Below are positions 24,761 through 38,455 of a stretch of 64,000 bases of DNA, in pieces. The notes beneath the pieces were generated by a model. The model was not told where the DNA came from. It searched no databases and saw only the letters and a list, made by a program, of their open reading frames with translations. The position numbers and the translations under genes are program-made. The stretch is from NCBI RefSeq assembly GCF_009914755.1, contig NC_060926.1; one strand, written 5' to 3'. This DNA comes from the human T2T-CHM13v2.0 reference genome, Homo sapiens. How positions within the stretch are numbered: position 1 is the stretch's first letter; every line of letters starts with the position of its first letter.

Positions 24761-25739
24761 AAAGGAGAATCAATCTAAGCATGGACATTTATAGTGCAAA
24801 GTTCATATTTAATTACAGAAAAAATGTGAGAAAATAGAAATTCCTGAGATTTATTTAAATAGTGTATTGAATATTTGCTTTAGCTTTGGAGATTGTCTAC
24901 CAGGACTCTGTAAAACAATATTGTATTCTCAAAAGCAATAAAAATTATAAGGGGTTGCAAGTTATTTATAGCCTGGTGAAGAAAGTTAAAATACTCTTAC
25001 ATAAAAACAGTCTTTCATATATAGAAAATATTCTAGTGATTCATTCAGCTAAAAGTTAATTATAAAAGTGTCATAATTTGCAAATTCAGTTTTTTATAAA
25101 ATGTCAATATTATTATACATTATTTTTTAATGTGATTAAAAACACTTTTTATTTGTTTTATGGTATTAGAAGGTATTAACAAAGCTAAAAGTAGTTTTGT
25201 CAATTATGTTTTTTCAGTTAATAAGAAATCTGGCCCCTTCAATGCAAAGTTAACATGGATCATTACAAAAAAGCAGGCTAATTGAACAAATCAAATGAAG
25301 TATACCAAATAACAAAATAATAAAATAAAATGTGTCTGTTGATTATATCACCTATTTTCCAAAACTCAGTTTTATATCATACTGCCCAAATTATATCTGA
25401 CTGTTAAATTGTGCTGAAAAATGTGAAGAAAAAGAAAGGAAAAACTAGTAACTTTATTATAATTCAGAGTTACTGACCTATTTTTAGGGCTGGTTGTGAG
25501 GGATCAGACAGAGACACTTTTACCTGACAGAGTAAAACTAAAAACAGAAACACTTGTAATAAGAATAAAAGATGAGGAAAATATGTCTACTTTAACCCAA
25601 AACAGAAAAAATAGCTTTTAATGTCATGTTCTTCACATATATTCTTAGTTATTTCTCTAGGGGAAGTAATTTTCTATATAATTGAAATGACTTCCTACTT
25701 AGCATGTTTCAAAATATGACATTATTCTACTTGTAAAAT

Positions 25740-28700
25740 TTGAAAATTAACATTTAGGTATAGGAAAGTGATCTGAAAATAAAGTGAAATACAAAAACAA
25801 TATAATATATATAATATGGTTCCAAGAGGTAACCATTATTGATATTTTGATTTATAAACATCCACATAATTTTCTATGTATGTATACACACATACCTCTG
25901 TGTCACATAAGTATATCCAAATAAATAATGACTGTGTATATAATTTCTATATTAACATGATCTTAGTAATAGTTCTGTAACTTTTCAACTTAACATATCG
26001 ACAATTTTCTCAGTCAATAAATGGACATAGAGCTTTGGCTCTTGTGAAATTTATGTCCCTTGATGAATGCTTCTATTCTCAATATTTTGTAATATTTTTA
26101 ATAAATTTCTAATCATTTTCTATAGTTACTATCAACGCTACAGTATACAACCCTATATTTACACCTTACTTGATTCCAGGTAGTTTTCTCAGAAAGAATT
26201 TCTAAAAGTGGCTTATTTTTTTAATATGTTTTTAGCAATTATTTGGAGGCACATTTTAAATTGACCTGTAGGACGTTTCTGTCATCACCTTCACTGCTAG
26301 TATAGGACAATACCAATTCTCCGCTATCTTTTTTTGTTTCAGCGTATTTGTATTTCTTTTTAAATCTTTCCTATGCTTCTAGGCAAAAATAAAAAGGGGA
26401 GGGGAGAGAGGCCCATTATCTTAATTTGCACTGCTTTGATTACTGCTTATGCTGAACATCTTTCATTTGTTGTGGGCCATTGCATTTCATCATTTGTAAT
26501 ATGTTTTGTCTGTCTTTCAGTTGTGGTTTTGTCTTCTTATAATCGTTTTTAAATTTTATTTACATATTAAGGACATTAAATTATTAATCTATTGCTTCCC
26601 TATAATTTTTATTTACTAGTCATTTTTCTTTTAATTTTGTTTAAGGCCTTCATATTGTATTTATCATTTAATTTTGTTACAAAGAAATGTTTAAGTATAT
26701 GGTCAAATATCAATATGTTTTAAAAATAATTTCTGGTTTTCCTCTATATGTAATAAGGTCTCTTTTTCAAAGTTTCTTTGCATTGCTCGAAGAATATAAA
26801 AATAAAAACAAACATTACAACACTCCAAAGTCAAGAGAATCACCAGCTGCCTACTAGAATACTGAAGAATGTCTTGAAATATCAAACTAACCATACAGTA
26901 TAGATAAGGGATTATATAGAGATGAGAAACTCCCAAGAAAATAGAAGCCAAAGAAAGATCCCCCACTCCTATGAAAGAGTCTTCCCATGAAATTCTTGGG
27001 ATAATATTTAGTTTAGAGTAGGGAATGGAAACAAATGCGGGTTTGGGAAGTCACTGGAAAAATTTGTCAAATGTTTGTGGAACAGCTACTCTAGTATTGA
27101 AGAGTAGATTTTGATATCTGAAACACAATACTCTCAAAAATTTGAAGACCTGCAGAGGGGATTAGAGTGAGGCAGGCCAGAGAGACAAAAGGTTAATCTC
27201 TGTGTAACTCCAATCTCTAAAATAGTTCGGGTGGCCTTGAATCCAAAATGCAAATCCCTTTCCATAGGAAAAACTTGACAAGGAAATCTAGCTGGGATTT
27301 ACCACAGGCAAGATCCTTATAATCAGCCTTTGGATTTAAGACTTTCAGCACAGTAAGATTCATTTACATGGAGAAAGTTTATCCACGTCACCAATATTGC
27401 TGAATTTATGCCCTCACATGAATCAGCAAGAATCACTAGCTTTTCGAAGAAATACAACACTATGAAATAGCAAAGTCGGGCTGCAGAAACAGTGGAATTG
27501 AAGTACAAAACGTAAGAGATCTTTGAAATGTCTATTATTTGACTGCTCAGAGAAACATTACAGAATACCAAATCCCAAAATAGGCGATATGAAAGGGATC
27601 GAGGATATCAGGAATTAGAAAGACATCTCCACTTTAAGATTACTATCTTTTTGAAAACTGTTTTCATTATTTCAACCTTTATAATGCTGAAATTTGAGTT
27701 TAAGATATGAGGCAGGAATTTAATGGAATTTTATTTTAACTTGTTAGCTAGACTGTATAGTATTTACATTTGCTCTATGTGCGGCTCATCTATGCTTATG
27801 TTAGTATCACAATGTTTTAATTATTGTAATTTAATATATTTTGCTATCTACTGGGAGAAATCCTTTGGCCATTGCTCTTTCTAAACACATCTTATCCTAA
27901 TTGCATTTTATATAAAACTGTTACATCATATGTTGAATTTCCAACAAAAAAAACCTCTCTTTTTAGATATTTTAGATGACTGCTAAATTTTTAGATGATT
28001 GTAAGTTGAACAGACATATTTTAATATCTGATATTCTAAATCAGTAATATGGCTTCTATTTATTTATATGTTCATATATGCCCCTTAATAAAATGTTTTC
28101 TGTTCTTTATGTATGTAATATGTAATCATATTTTTAAGATTACATATGTAATCTTAAATATTATGTAATCATATTTTTAAGATTATTGCTATTAATTGAA
28201 TATTTTTGCTCTTTTGAATTGCCTATTTTTGTAATATCTTCAAGTCCTGATATATGAAGACATGTAGACTTTAGAAACAATTATAGAATGTAATACAAAC
28301 AACACTTAAGCAGATTTTTTATCTTCTTTAGGAGGGGAGTTTCTAGATTTAATCACATTGTCTACAAATGTTTATAATTACTTTTCCTCTTTTCTGATAG
28401 GCATATTTCTTTCTCTTTCTTTTTTTCTCTTTTCAAAATTTGTAGTTGGTGTCTTTGCCCAGTGTCATGCCTATAGATCAATGGTTCTCAGATTTTCTTT
28501 GGTTCAATAAACTAAATCTGATAATAATTATGGACTTTCTCCCCAAAAAAATACTTAAATGTTGAAGTTGATAGTCTCCATTAAATCAATATTAAGAAGC
28601 CTTCCTTAACATTTCATTGTTAAAAATAATATTTTATGTTAATTTCATATAAGCACTTATTGTTACATTAAATAAATATCTTTGTAATCCTTGCTTACTA

Positions 28701-29070
28701 AGTAAACTTCAGAACAAAAATAGATGTTTGTAAAATGGCTTCTTTTTTGGTAAATACTGAGATTATATTTTTTTCTTGAACCTATAATTGAATTAATATG
28801 ATAAATTACATTAATAGACACCCAGGATTGCTCTATCTATACATTCCCCAAATAAAGTATACATAATCATGTCACGTTAACTTTGACCATATTGATGTAT
28901 CTAACATCCCACTGTAATTTGTAGGATTTTGGGATTTGCCAGGTTTATCTAACAGATTTACTATAGACCATGAAAAGATTTTGTGTTTCCTTCCCCCTTA
29001 TGCAGTGGATGTAATGCGGACCACTTTTTTTTTTTTAATTTGATAGAACTTTTGCACAAAACCATCTATG
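25740..29070 (-). mobile_element. Ancient L1ME-type remnant (3' end and ORF2), interrupted at ~26790-27625 by a plus-strand old-L1 5'/ORF1-like block
   Basis: CCAAGAGGTAACCATTATT, TCTTAATTTGCACTGCTTTGATTACT, GCTGAACATCTTTCATTTG and AAACCATCTATGTCC are old L1 motifs; boundaries approximate. Confidence 0.55.
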
Positions 29071-29789
29071 TCCAGCCCATCTCAACGGGAAAGACCAGAT
29101 AGCTCTTAGAGATTTTTACAGTTGCAATGAAGGAGATGTTAGTGACAAAGGAAAGAAACTCTATTTACCATTGGCCTAATTTCCTTGTATTTATCATGTC
29201 ATTTTGATTTGTAGCAATTACTCCAGAAAAGGCTTCAGCAAGGATGTGACCCTTCTTTAGTATTCATTGACATAGAGAAGTTTGACTTTTGTAATGGTTG
29301 GTTTGTTTTAGGGTTGTACTGAGAGAGGGCTGCTGCAAATCAAATTCTGAGAACTACCTTTATTCTTGAGTAGTTTTTAAATATGTTGTTTTTAAGTAAT
29401 TAACAATCAGATTCCAGCCTTATATAATTCCTCCTAATTGTAGCATGGCATATCTCATATTTCTTAGAGGAAAAGGAATGTATTGATTAACTATTTAAAA
29501 ATAAATGAATACATTCTTACATACATTTGAGCTAGTTTATAAGTTAGCAAAATATTGTAAGAAATAAAATTATGCTAAGGATACTTGAAAGAAGGCTGAA
29601 ACTGACTATAAGCCAGCAGGTAGCTCTGGCTTTATCTAGGAGTTGATTCTTCTGATTGTGTAGACTATATGATGATGATTTATTCCAGCCCTGACACTAT
29701 ATGTTTTTAGAAATTCTCTCTATTCTCAGAAACTTCTTCCAAAGCTTTCGTCTACTTGATATTAGCTCATAAATTTGACGATAAAATAA

Positions 29790-30142
<353 letters not shown>

Positions 30143-31939
30143 AGATATTCTAATATTTTAGGTGCTTTGTTTTAGATGGTAGGATACACAATTTCATCTT
30201 GCAGCTTCTGAAATGATTAAATTAGCATTAGCTACAAAAATTATTTTTGAAAAAATAACCAAATTCATTTAATATCACCTATTTTACTCCAGATATATAT
30301 TTTTCTTGAATAAAATATAGTTTTCCACTATTTTTCAAATTGCTTCTATGTTCACATGATGTCCTTTTTATTTCTTATTCCTTTTTTATTATTGACTGGT
30401 ATGACCTTGCTATATTCATGGTGAGCTTTTCTTTTACACTAATTATTTTCATTTTTATTGTGTGTGTGTGTGTGTGTGTGCGCACATTCAAGAGGAAACA
30501 AATCTGGAGACTTTTCCTTTCTTTTAATTTTCTAAGAAATGTGAACATCAATGGGGATGGTAGTTTATACTCTACCCCTTTAACTTATCAGCAGTATATT
30601 ATATTCATCCCTTTAGCTGAAATTTAACGTTTAAGTGGGTTTTTATTAGGATGAGGTCTCAGAGTTTCTAATTCAGATGTCAGAGGTTGGAGGCAATATC
30701 AATAAGAAGCCATCGGCAGGGACGTTATTCCTAATTCTTATCCTGACATGTTACAAAAATAAGCATGATAATTTTATGGCTTCTTTTTCTGCCTAAAATG
30801 TAACTACATTAATCTGAAAGACAGCTGATTTTTCAAGGTCAGAAGTGCTTAGTTACAAATTGATGAGCTATTATGCGTGTCTGTGGTTTTCTTGATGGCA
30901 CTGTATTAATAATATGCGTGCAGAACAGGCCATAAAAATTCCATTTAAAGGTATTAAGGCATACTGGGACATTTAATCAGGTTAAAATTCTTGTCAGTTG
31001 GCTCCAGGCACGATGTTGTTCAGTCAATGATTAACAAAGTGTGTGGAATATAAAGATGCATGTCTATTACATGAGTTCAGATTTCACTGAAATGACCTTT
31101 TGTTTTGTTTTGTTTTCTGCATCTAGCAAATGATCCAACTAAAAATGCATTACAGTGATATTCATTGTTTTAAACAGCTCCTACTGTCTCCCAGTCTGGA
31201 TTGTTTTGATTAGAAAATTGGGAGATAATATACTTGTAAAGATGTTGACATTCTTTCTGGATAGGGAAAAAAGCACTTGTGGATGAAATGTTTTAAAAAT
31301 ATAAATCACACTTTAAATTTTCTGTTGTGATTGATAAAAGCTATCTTACCAGGTGTGCACTATGCTTTTATAAAACCTAGATAAAATAATTGAGAGAAAG
31401 GTATGGAAAAGATTCTTCTGATAGTCTCTTCCAGTATACCTTACAAGTTCAAGGGGAATGCTATTTAAGAGACAGAATATAATGCAAGAGAAGTGAGAAT
31501 TAGTCTGCAGAAGCAAACGTATATTATAAAAACACAGTCACATTTTTCATATAAATAAAAGAATGAACATTCCTAGTTTATGAAAATCTTTCACTTTTTC
31601 CCCAGTAGTAGATAAGGAGTAATTATAGAACGCTTTCTGAGAACACTTTTACATACCAAGGAAATGGTCAACTATTCAAGTAGCAATTATAGAGCTATAG
31701 AAAAACCTATGTTTTATTTTTTAGTTGTGTAAAATTAGCTAAAATTTATACTTGTCTTTCACACACATTTCATTTTCATATCTATAAGAATGTAAAATAT
31801 TTTGGTAAGTAAAAAATTATACAATATTAAAAAATAAACTCAAAACCTGAATTACTTTGTCCTTTCACTTGAGAAGAATAACAATCTTTCCCATCTCTTA
31901 AAAACCCAGCTTCTCTTTAGCGCAACCTTACGTACTAAT

Positions 31940-32670
31940 ATTTTTAAAAAATGAATAGAATTTTAAAGCAGTTTTAGATTTACAAAAAAAATTGTACAGA
32001 AAGTGCCATATCCTCCCCCACCCACAGTTTCACCTATAAACATACTGCATTAGCTCGGCATATTTGTTACAATTTATGGACCCATACATTATTTATTAAC
32101 TAAAGTGTATCTTTTATATTAAGTTGCACTCTTTGTGTTATACAATTCTAAGGGTTTTACCAAATGCATAATATCATGTATCCACCATGGCATTATGATA
32201 CAAAATTGTTTTGTTTCCCTGTCCTAAAAACCCCATGTGTTCCTCTTATTCATCCATTCCCACCTCTACTCCCGAACCCCTGGCAACCACTTATTTTTTA
32301 CTCTCTCGATAGGTTTCCCTTTTCCAGAATGTCATATAATTGGAATCAAATACTATGAAGCTTTTACAGACTGAATTTTTTTTAACTTAGCAATACATTT
32401 TTAAGGTTCCTCCATGTCTTTTGTCTACCAAATAGCTCGTTTCCTTTTACAGCTAAATAATATTTTCTTTTATGTATGTGTACCATAGTATGTTTATCCA
32501 TTGACCTATTGAAGGAAATCTTGGTTGCCTCCAGGTATTGCCAACTATGAATAAAGCTTCTATAAACATTCATGTGCAGGTTTTAGTGTGGGCATAAATT
32601 TTCAACTTGTTTGAGTAAATACCAAGGACCACAATTGTTGGATCATTACTGAATGTTTTAGCTCTTTGAG
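31940..32670 (-). mobile_element. L1MC (L1MC2-like) 3' end
   Basis: AAGCAGTTTTAGATTTACAAAAAAAATTG...CATATTTGTTACAATT...ATTAACTAAAGT...CCCCTGGCAACCAC. Confidence 0.8.
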
Positions 32671-33974
32671 AATGACAATTTTTTGTTTGAGAAATTTCAT
32701 TACTAACTAGACACAGATGCTAAATGCAATTTAATTTTAACATTATGTGTTTTGTTTAATTAGATAATTTTCTAATATCAAAAGCAATTTTGCTTTTCAA
32801 ATTAATTTCTGTAAAATGTCTATTTTCAATCATAACTAAAGGATATGATCTAGCCTGAGATTCTATCTTCCAGTAAAAATACATGCTTTGTTTATTATGT
32901 TGTTTAAAACAATGAGAAATATTTAGAGATTCCAAATTCCTATAAAATTTATGACTTTATCAATATTTCATCACCTTTTATTAATAAAGTATATTTTAAT
33001 GTATTTTCTTATATTCCACAATATTTTATAAGGTTGAAAGCTTTGATTGATAAATGTTAAGAAATATATTACAACCTCAGGTGCTGCTTTTACACTTGTA
33101 TTCTGATATATTAAGCTATCTAAAATGAAAGACAACTGTTATATCCGGCTATCATAAAATTTCAGTAGCACATTTATGCTGAGCTCATTGTTGACTACAA
33201 CATGGGAAACAATTTTGTGCTTCAGTGAATTAAAGAGTTTTATGAGAGTGTAGAAATTTTACAAACTTAGTTGTAATGGATTATTATCAGATACTTTAAA
33301 TATATAACTCAAATTTGTTATACAAATTGTACACACACGTATAGTGCCATAAGAACTGTTTAAGCCATTTTGTTTACCTCATTGGCCTAATTGCACTTTA
33401 TGGATTAAACATTATATAAACTCAAAGAGGAAAAAGCACTTTTAGGCAACTAAGTAAGTTAAATTAGAAAAGAATATAATAAGGTGAAATGTATTTATAA
33501 AAATATTAAATTCAGATCGTTGGAGTAAACAAAACTAATAATTATATATTTAGAGGATCTTTATATTTCTCTATTCTAAACACCCATGTTGAATTTTTCT
33601 CTCAATAGCTTTGCCAATTGATATGAGCATATAAGTTACACATTCATATCTGCCTATATCTGTTTGTTCATTGTCTGAATTATAATAGCTATGTAATATT
33701 AGCACTCAGCTTTGTCCAATTTGGCAGAGATAGTATCTATAAGATATTAAAGCATTTGACAATAAGTTAAAACATTTATTAATCATATGGGTGCTTGATT
33801 ATATTGTGCTTTACATCTGCTATTCAAAGTTGGCTCTAAAAATCTAATTACAAAGATAGGTTGGATCATTTAATAGAAAATATTACCTAACAAATTGAAA
33901 AGTACAACGTTAGAATATATAGCAAGAGTACCTAAATCAAAATTAAGATATCCTCTGAACAATGAAAATGGGAC

Positions 33975-34200
33975 CTAATATTTGGTGAAAACTTACTATG
34001 TGAAAGACATCATTCTAAGTGTTTCACATGTTTAATTTTTTTATAATCACAGAAATTTCATCTGGTAGTTAATGCCATTTTCATCATTTGTAGAAGAAAT
34101 GGAGGCTGAAGATCAAGTAACTTGCCAAAGATTACTAAGCTAGTCAACGGTGAAGCCATAAGGTAGCCCAAGAAGGACAATTATAAGAGCTTCCAACAAC
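33975..34200 (-). mobile_element. MIR SINE
   Basis: ACTTACTATGTG...TTCTAAGTGTTTCACATG...GAAATGGAGGCTGAAGATCAAGTAACTTGCCAAAG. Confidence 0.7.
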
Positions 34201-34235
34201 TCTCTAATACCGATACTCTGTACTCTATGTATATG

Positions 34236-36862
34236 AAAGTTCTAGCAGAGCAATTAGGCAAGAGAAATAAATAAAATGCATACAAATTGGAAATTAAGAA
34301 GTTAAATTATCCCTGTTTGAAGAATACATGATCTTTTAAATAGAAAACTCTAAAGACTCCACCAATGAATAGTTAGAAGTAATAAGAAAATTCAGTAAAT
34401 TTGAAGGATACAAAATCAACATACAAAAATCAATAGCATTTCTATATACTAACCGCAGCCTATCTGAAAAAGAAATCAAGAGAACAATCCCATTTACAAT
34501 AGCTAAAGAAAAATAAAATACTTATAAATAAATTTAACCAAAGTGGTGGAAGATTTCTATAATGAAAACTATAAAATATAGGTAAAAAAAAAATTAAGGG
34601 CATAATGAAATGAAAGATATTCTGTATTCATAAATTGGAAAAATTAATATTGTTAAAATGCCCATACTACTTAAAGTGATCTAGGGATTTAGTATAATCT
34701 TTTCAAAATAGTGATAATAGTCCTCAAAGAAATAGAAAAAAAAATCCTAAAATTCACATTATCTGACTTCAAAATATACTACAAAGCAATAGTAATCAAA
34801 ACAGCATGGAACTGACATAAAAACAGACAGCAGACCAATGGAACAGAAAAGAGAGACCAGAAATAAATCCACACACTTTCAGGCAACTGAATTCTGGAAA
34901 AAGTGCTAAGAACACACAATGGGGAAGACAGTCTCTTCAATAAATGGTGTTGGGAAAACTAAATAGTTACATGCAGAAGAATGACATTAGACCCTTTAAT
35001 CTCACTATATATAAAAATCAACTAAAATGGATTAAAGACTTAAATGTAAGAGCCAAAAGTATGAGATTGCTAGAATAAAATGCAGGGGAAATGCTTTATC
35101 ATATTGGTCTTCAGAAGTATTTTTTGGATATCATCTCAAAAGCATAAGTAGATAAGTGGGTTGATTTAAAATTTAAAAATTTCACACAGCAAAAGAAACA
35201 ACAGTGAAGAGGCAACCTAAGGAATGGGAGAAAATATTTGCAAACTCTATAGCCAATAAAGGGATAATATTCAAATTACATGAGGAATTCACAACACTAA
35301 AGAAACAGGTAAACAAATAAACTAATTTAAAAGTGGGCAAAGGATCTGAACATTCCTAAAAAAAAAAAAAAGAGACATACAAATGGCCAACCAGTATATT
35401 TTTTAAATGCTCAATATAATTAATCATCACAGAAATACAAATTAAAAGCACAATGAGATATCACCTCACTCCTGTTGGAATGGCTATAATCAAAAAGACA
35501 AAAGATAAGTGTTGATGAAGATGTGGAGAAAAGGGAACCCTTACACAGTTGGTGGAAATGTAAATTATTATAGCCATTATGGAAAACAGAATGAAGATTC
35601 CTCAAAAAATTAAAAATAAAACTACCATATAATCCAGCATTCCCAATGCTGGGTATATATCAAAGGGAAATAAAATCAGTATGTCAAAGATATATCAGCA
35701 CTTTCATGTTTATTGCAGCATTATTCACAATAGCCAAAATATAGAATAAACCTAAGAATTCATCAAAAGATGAGTGGATTAAGAAAATATGTGGCGTACA
35801 CAATGGAATCTATTTAACTATAAAAAATGAAGGAGTTTTTATCATTTGTGAAAACATAAATGGAACTGGAAGGCATTATTTTAAGTGAAATAAGCCAGAC
35901 ACAGAAAAACAAATACTATGTGATCTCACACCTATGTGGAATCTAAAAAAATTGATCTCATAGAAGTAGAAAATAGAATGGTGGTTACATGGGACTAGAG
36001 AAATTGGGGAGGAGGGGGAATAGGGGATAATGAGAAGTGATGGTTAATATGGAATGTCAACCTGATTGGATTGAAAGATGCAAAGTATTGTTCTTGAATG
36101 TGTCTGCCAGGGGGTTGCCAAAGGAGATTAACATTTAAGTCAGTGGACTGGGAGAGGCAGACCCACCCTCTATCTGAGTAGGCACCATCCAATCAACTGC
36201 CACCACAGCTAGGATAAAAGCAGGCAGAGGAACGTGGAAGGACTAGACTGGCTGAGTCTTCCAGTCTTAATCTTTCTTCCATGCCGTGTGCTTTCTGCCC
36301 TTGAACATCAGACTCCAAGTTCTTCAGCTTTTCGACTCTTGGACTTAACACCAGTGATTTGCCAGGGCCTCTTGGGCCTTCGGCCACAGTCTGAAGGCTG
36401 CACTCTCAGCTTCCCTACTTGTGAGGTTTTGGGACTTGGACTGGCTTCCTTGCTCCTCAGCTTCAGCTGGCCAATTGTGCGACTTCACCTTGTCATTTTG
36501 TGAGTCAATACTCCTTAATAAACTCCCTTTCATGTGTACATCTATCCTATTAGTTGTGTCCCTTAGAGAACCCAGACTAACACAGGAGCTATTGGCCAAG
36601 AAATACGTAATTACAGTTAGGAGGAATAAATTCAAACGATCTATTGTACAGCATGGTCACTATAGTTAATGACAATATATTATATTCTTGAAAAATTCGA
36701 AGAGTGAATGTGAAGTGTTCTCGCCACAGAAATAACTATATGAGGTAATGCATTTGTTCATTGGCTAAATTAAACCATTTCACGATGTATATATACTTCA
36801 AAACTTGTTGTATACAATAAATGTATATAATTTTATTTGTCAATTAGAAATAATTTTTAAAA
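34236..36862 (+). mobile_element. 5'-truncated L1MA (L1MA5/L1MA6-like), interrupted by MLT2A
   Basis: ORF2 RT-to-C-terminal sequence (GAAAGTTCTAGCAGAGCAATTAGGCAAGAG...GGATACAAAATCAACATACAAAAATC) and 3'UTR GAGGAATAAATTCAAACGATCTATTGTACAGCATGG; short internal deletion near 34757. Confidence 0.88.
36036..36584 (+). mobile_element. MLT2A (MLT2A1/A2) HERV-L solo LTR
   Basis: GTGATGGTTAATAT...TGATTGGATTGAAAGATGCAAAGTATTGTTC...CCTATTAGTTGTGTCCCTTAGAGAACCCAGACTAACACA. Confidence 0.9.
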
Positions 36863-36990
36863 AGCAAAGCTCAGAAGTTATGTAAATTTATTAAGGTGAC
36901 ATTGTGAGTTATCTGAAGGAGCGGAGCTTCAGATGCAGATCTCTGCTTAAAAACTTAGGCTCTTTAAAGGTAGGTGATATAGTTTCCCTT

Positions 36991-37111
36991 GAATATTCTT
37001 ATTGATTAAAAATTGCTTTTTATAATAAAATTTCTTTTTATAATTCAAATTTCTTTTATAATAAAAACTTCTTTTATAATAAAAAGCAATTTTTAATCCA
37101 TAAGAACATTC
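36991..37111. repeat. AT-rich inverted repeat with tandem-repeat spacer
   Basis: Arms 36991-37023 and 37079-37111 are reverse complements at 31/33 positions; spacer is ~3 copies of TATAATAAAATTTCTTTT. Confidence 0.9.
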
Positions 37112-38125
37112 TGTTTTTAAATATAGTTTTATGCATTTAATTGATTCTATATTTTTGTTAGTCAGCCATGCCTTGTCTTCATGGACCTAAAAGTTTGTCT
37201 CTTCAGAAAGATATTTACTATCTCACTAGTAAAGACTGAAATGTCTTTGTCACATAAGCATTGGAATTCATTGTCCTTAATACAGAAATGTAATTCATCT
37301 TTTCCCACACCTCACATGCAGCTATTAAATAGGAAAACTCACTTCTAAAAGTTGCCTCTAGAGTTGTCTAGTTTGGTGGATTTCAGAAAATGTTACTCTT
37401 ATAAATAATTTTACCTAGCTATGAGAGAAAATGCCATAGTAGAGTATTCCAATTGCATGTTTTTAATATTAATGTTAAATTTTCTAAAATAAAAAATATC
37501 TCTATTATATATTATTTTCAACAACTTTTGAATACTCAGTAAAATGACTTTGTTCTTTCATTTGGTGATGTGAGTTCACCTAGGGCCTTTTCTTGCCCAA
37601 ACTATTACATACTCTTGTTCCATTGACAAACATTATATGTGTTGTCAAAGTTCAACCACTTACTTAGTGACATTTTCACTTTAAGCTATCTCTATTTTCA
37701 GTATCTAAGAGAGAATTTTAAGAAATATTTTTGAGTCTAATAGGTCAACAGTTTGTGAAAAGAACAAAAAAAGTACTTTGTGTAATTTACTTGAAAGCTT
37801 TGCAGGAAATGTCATGGTAAAGTTTAGACAATTGTTTGTTGACAAAATGTGATTTTTGACTTAGAGGATAAGGCTACTTCACTAACTGTACATTCACAGT
37901 AAATGTCATTAATTCATCTTAAATAATTTAAGGATGGCTTGGAGTCATATTGATAAGGACAGTAGGGATAAATAATTCAATATTTATGTATAATGAGTGC
38001 ATTAATCAGAAAGGGGCAGTGTAGTGACAGGAAGCAGTGTAATAGATTTTCATAGATAGAATTTTATATTAATATATATTTCAAGCAGTTTTAGTAAGAA
38101 ACTACAAACATCTATTGTATTCCTC

Positions 38126-38455
<330 letters not shown>

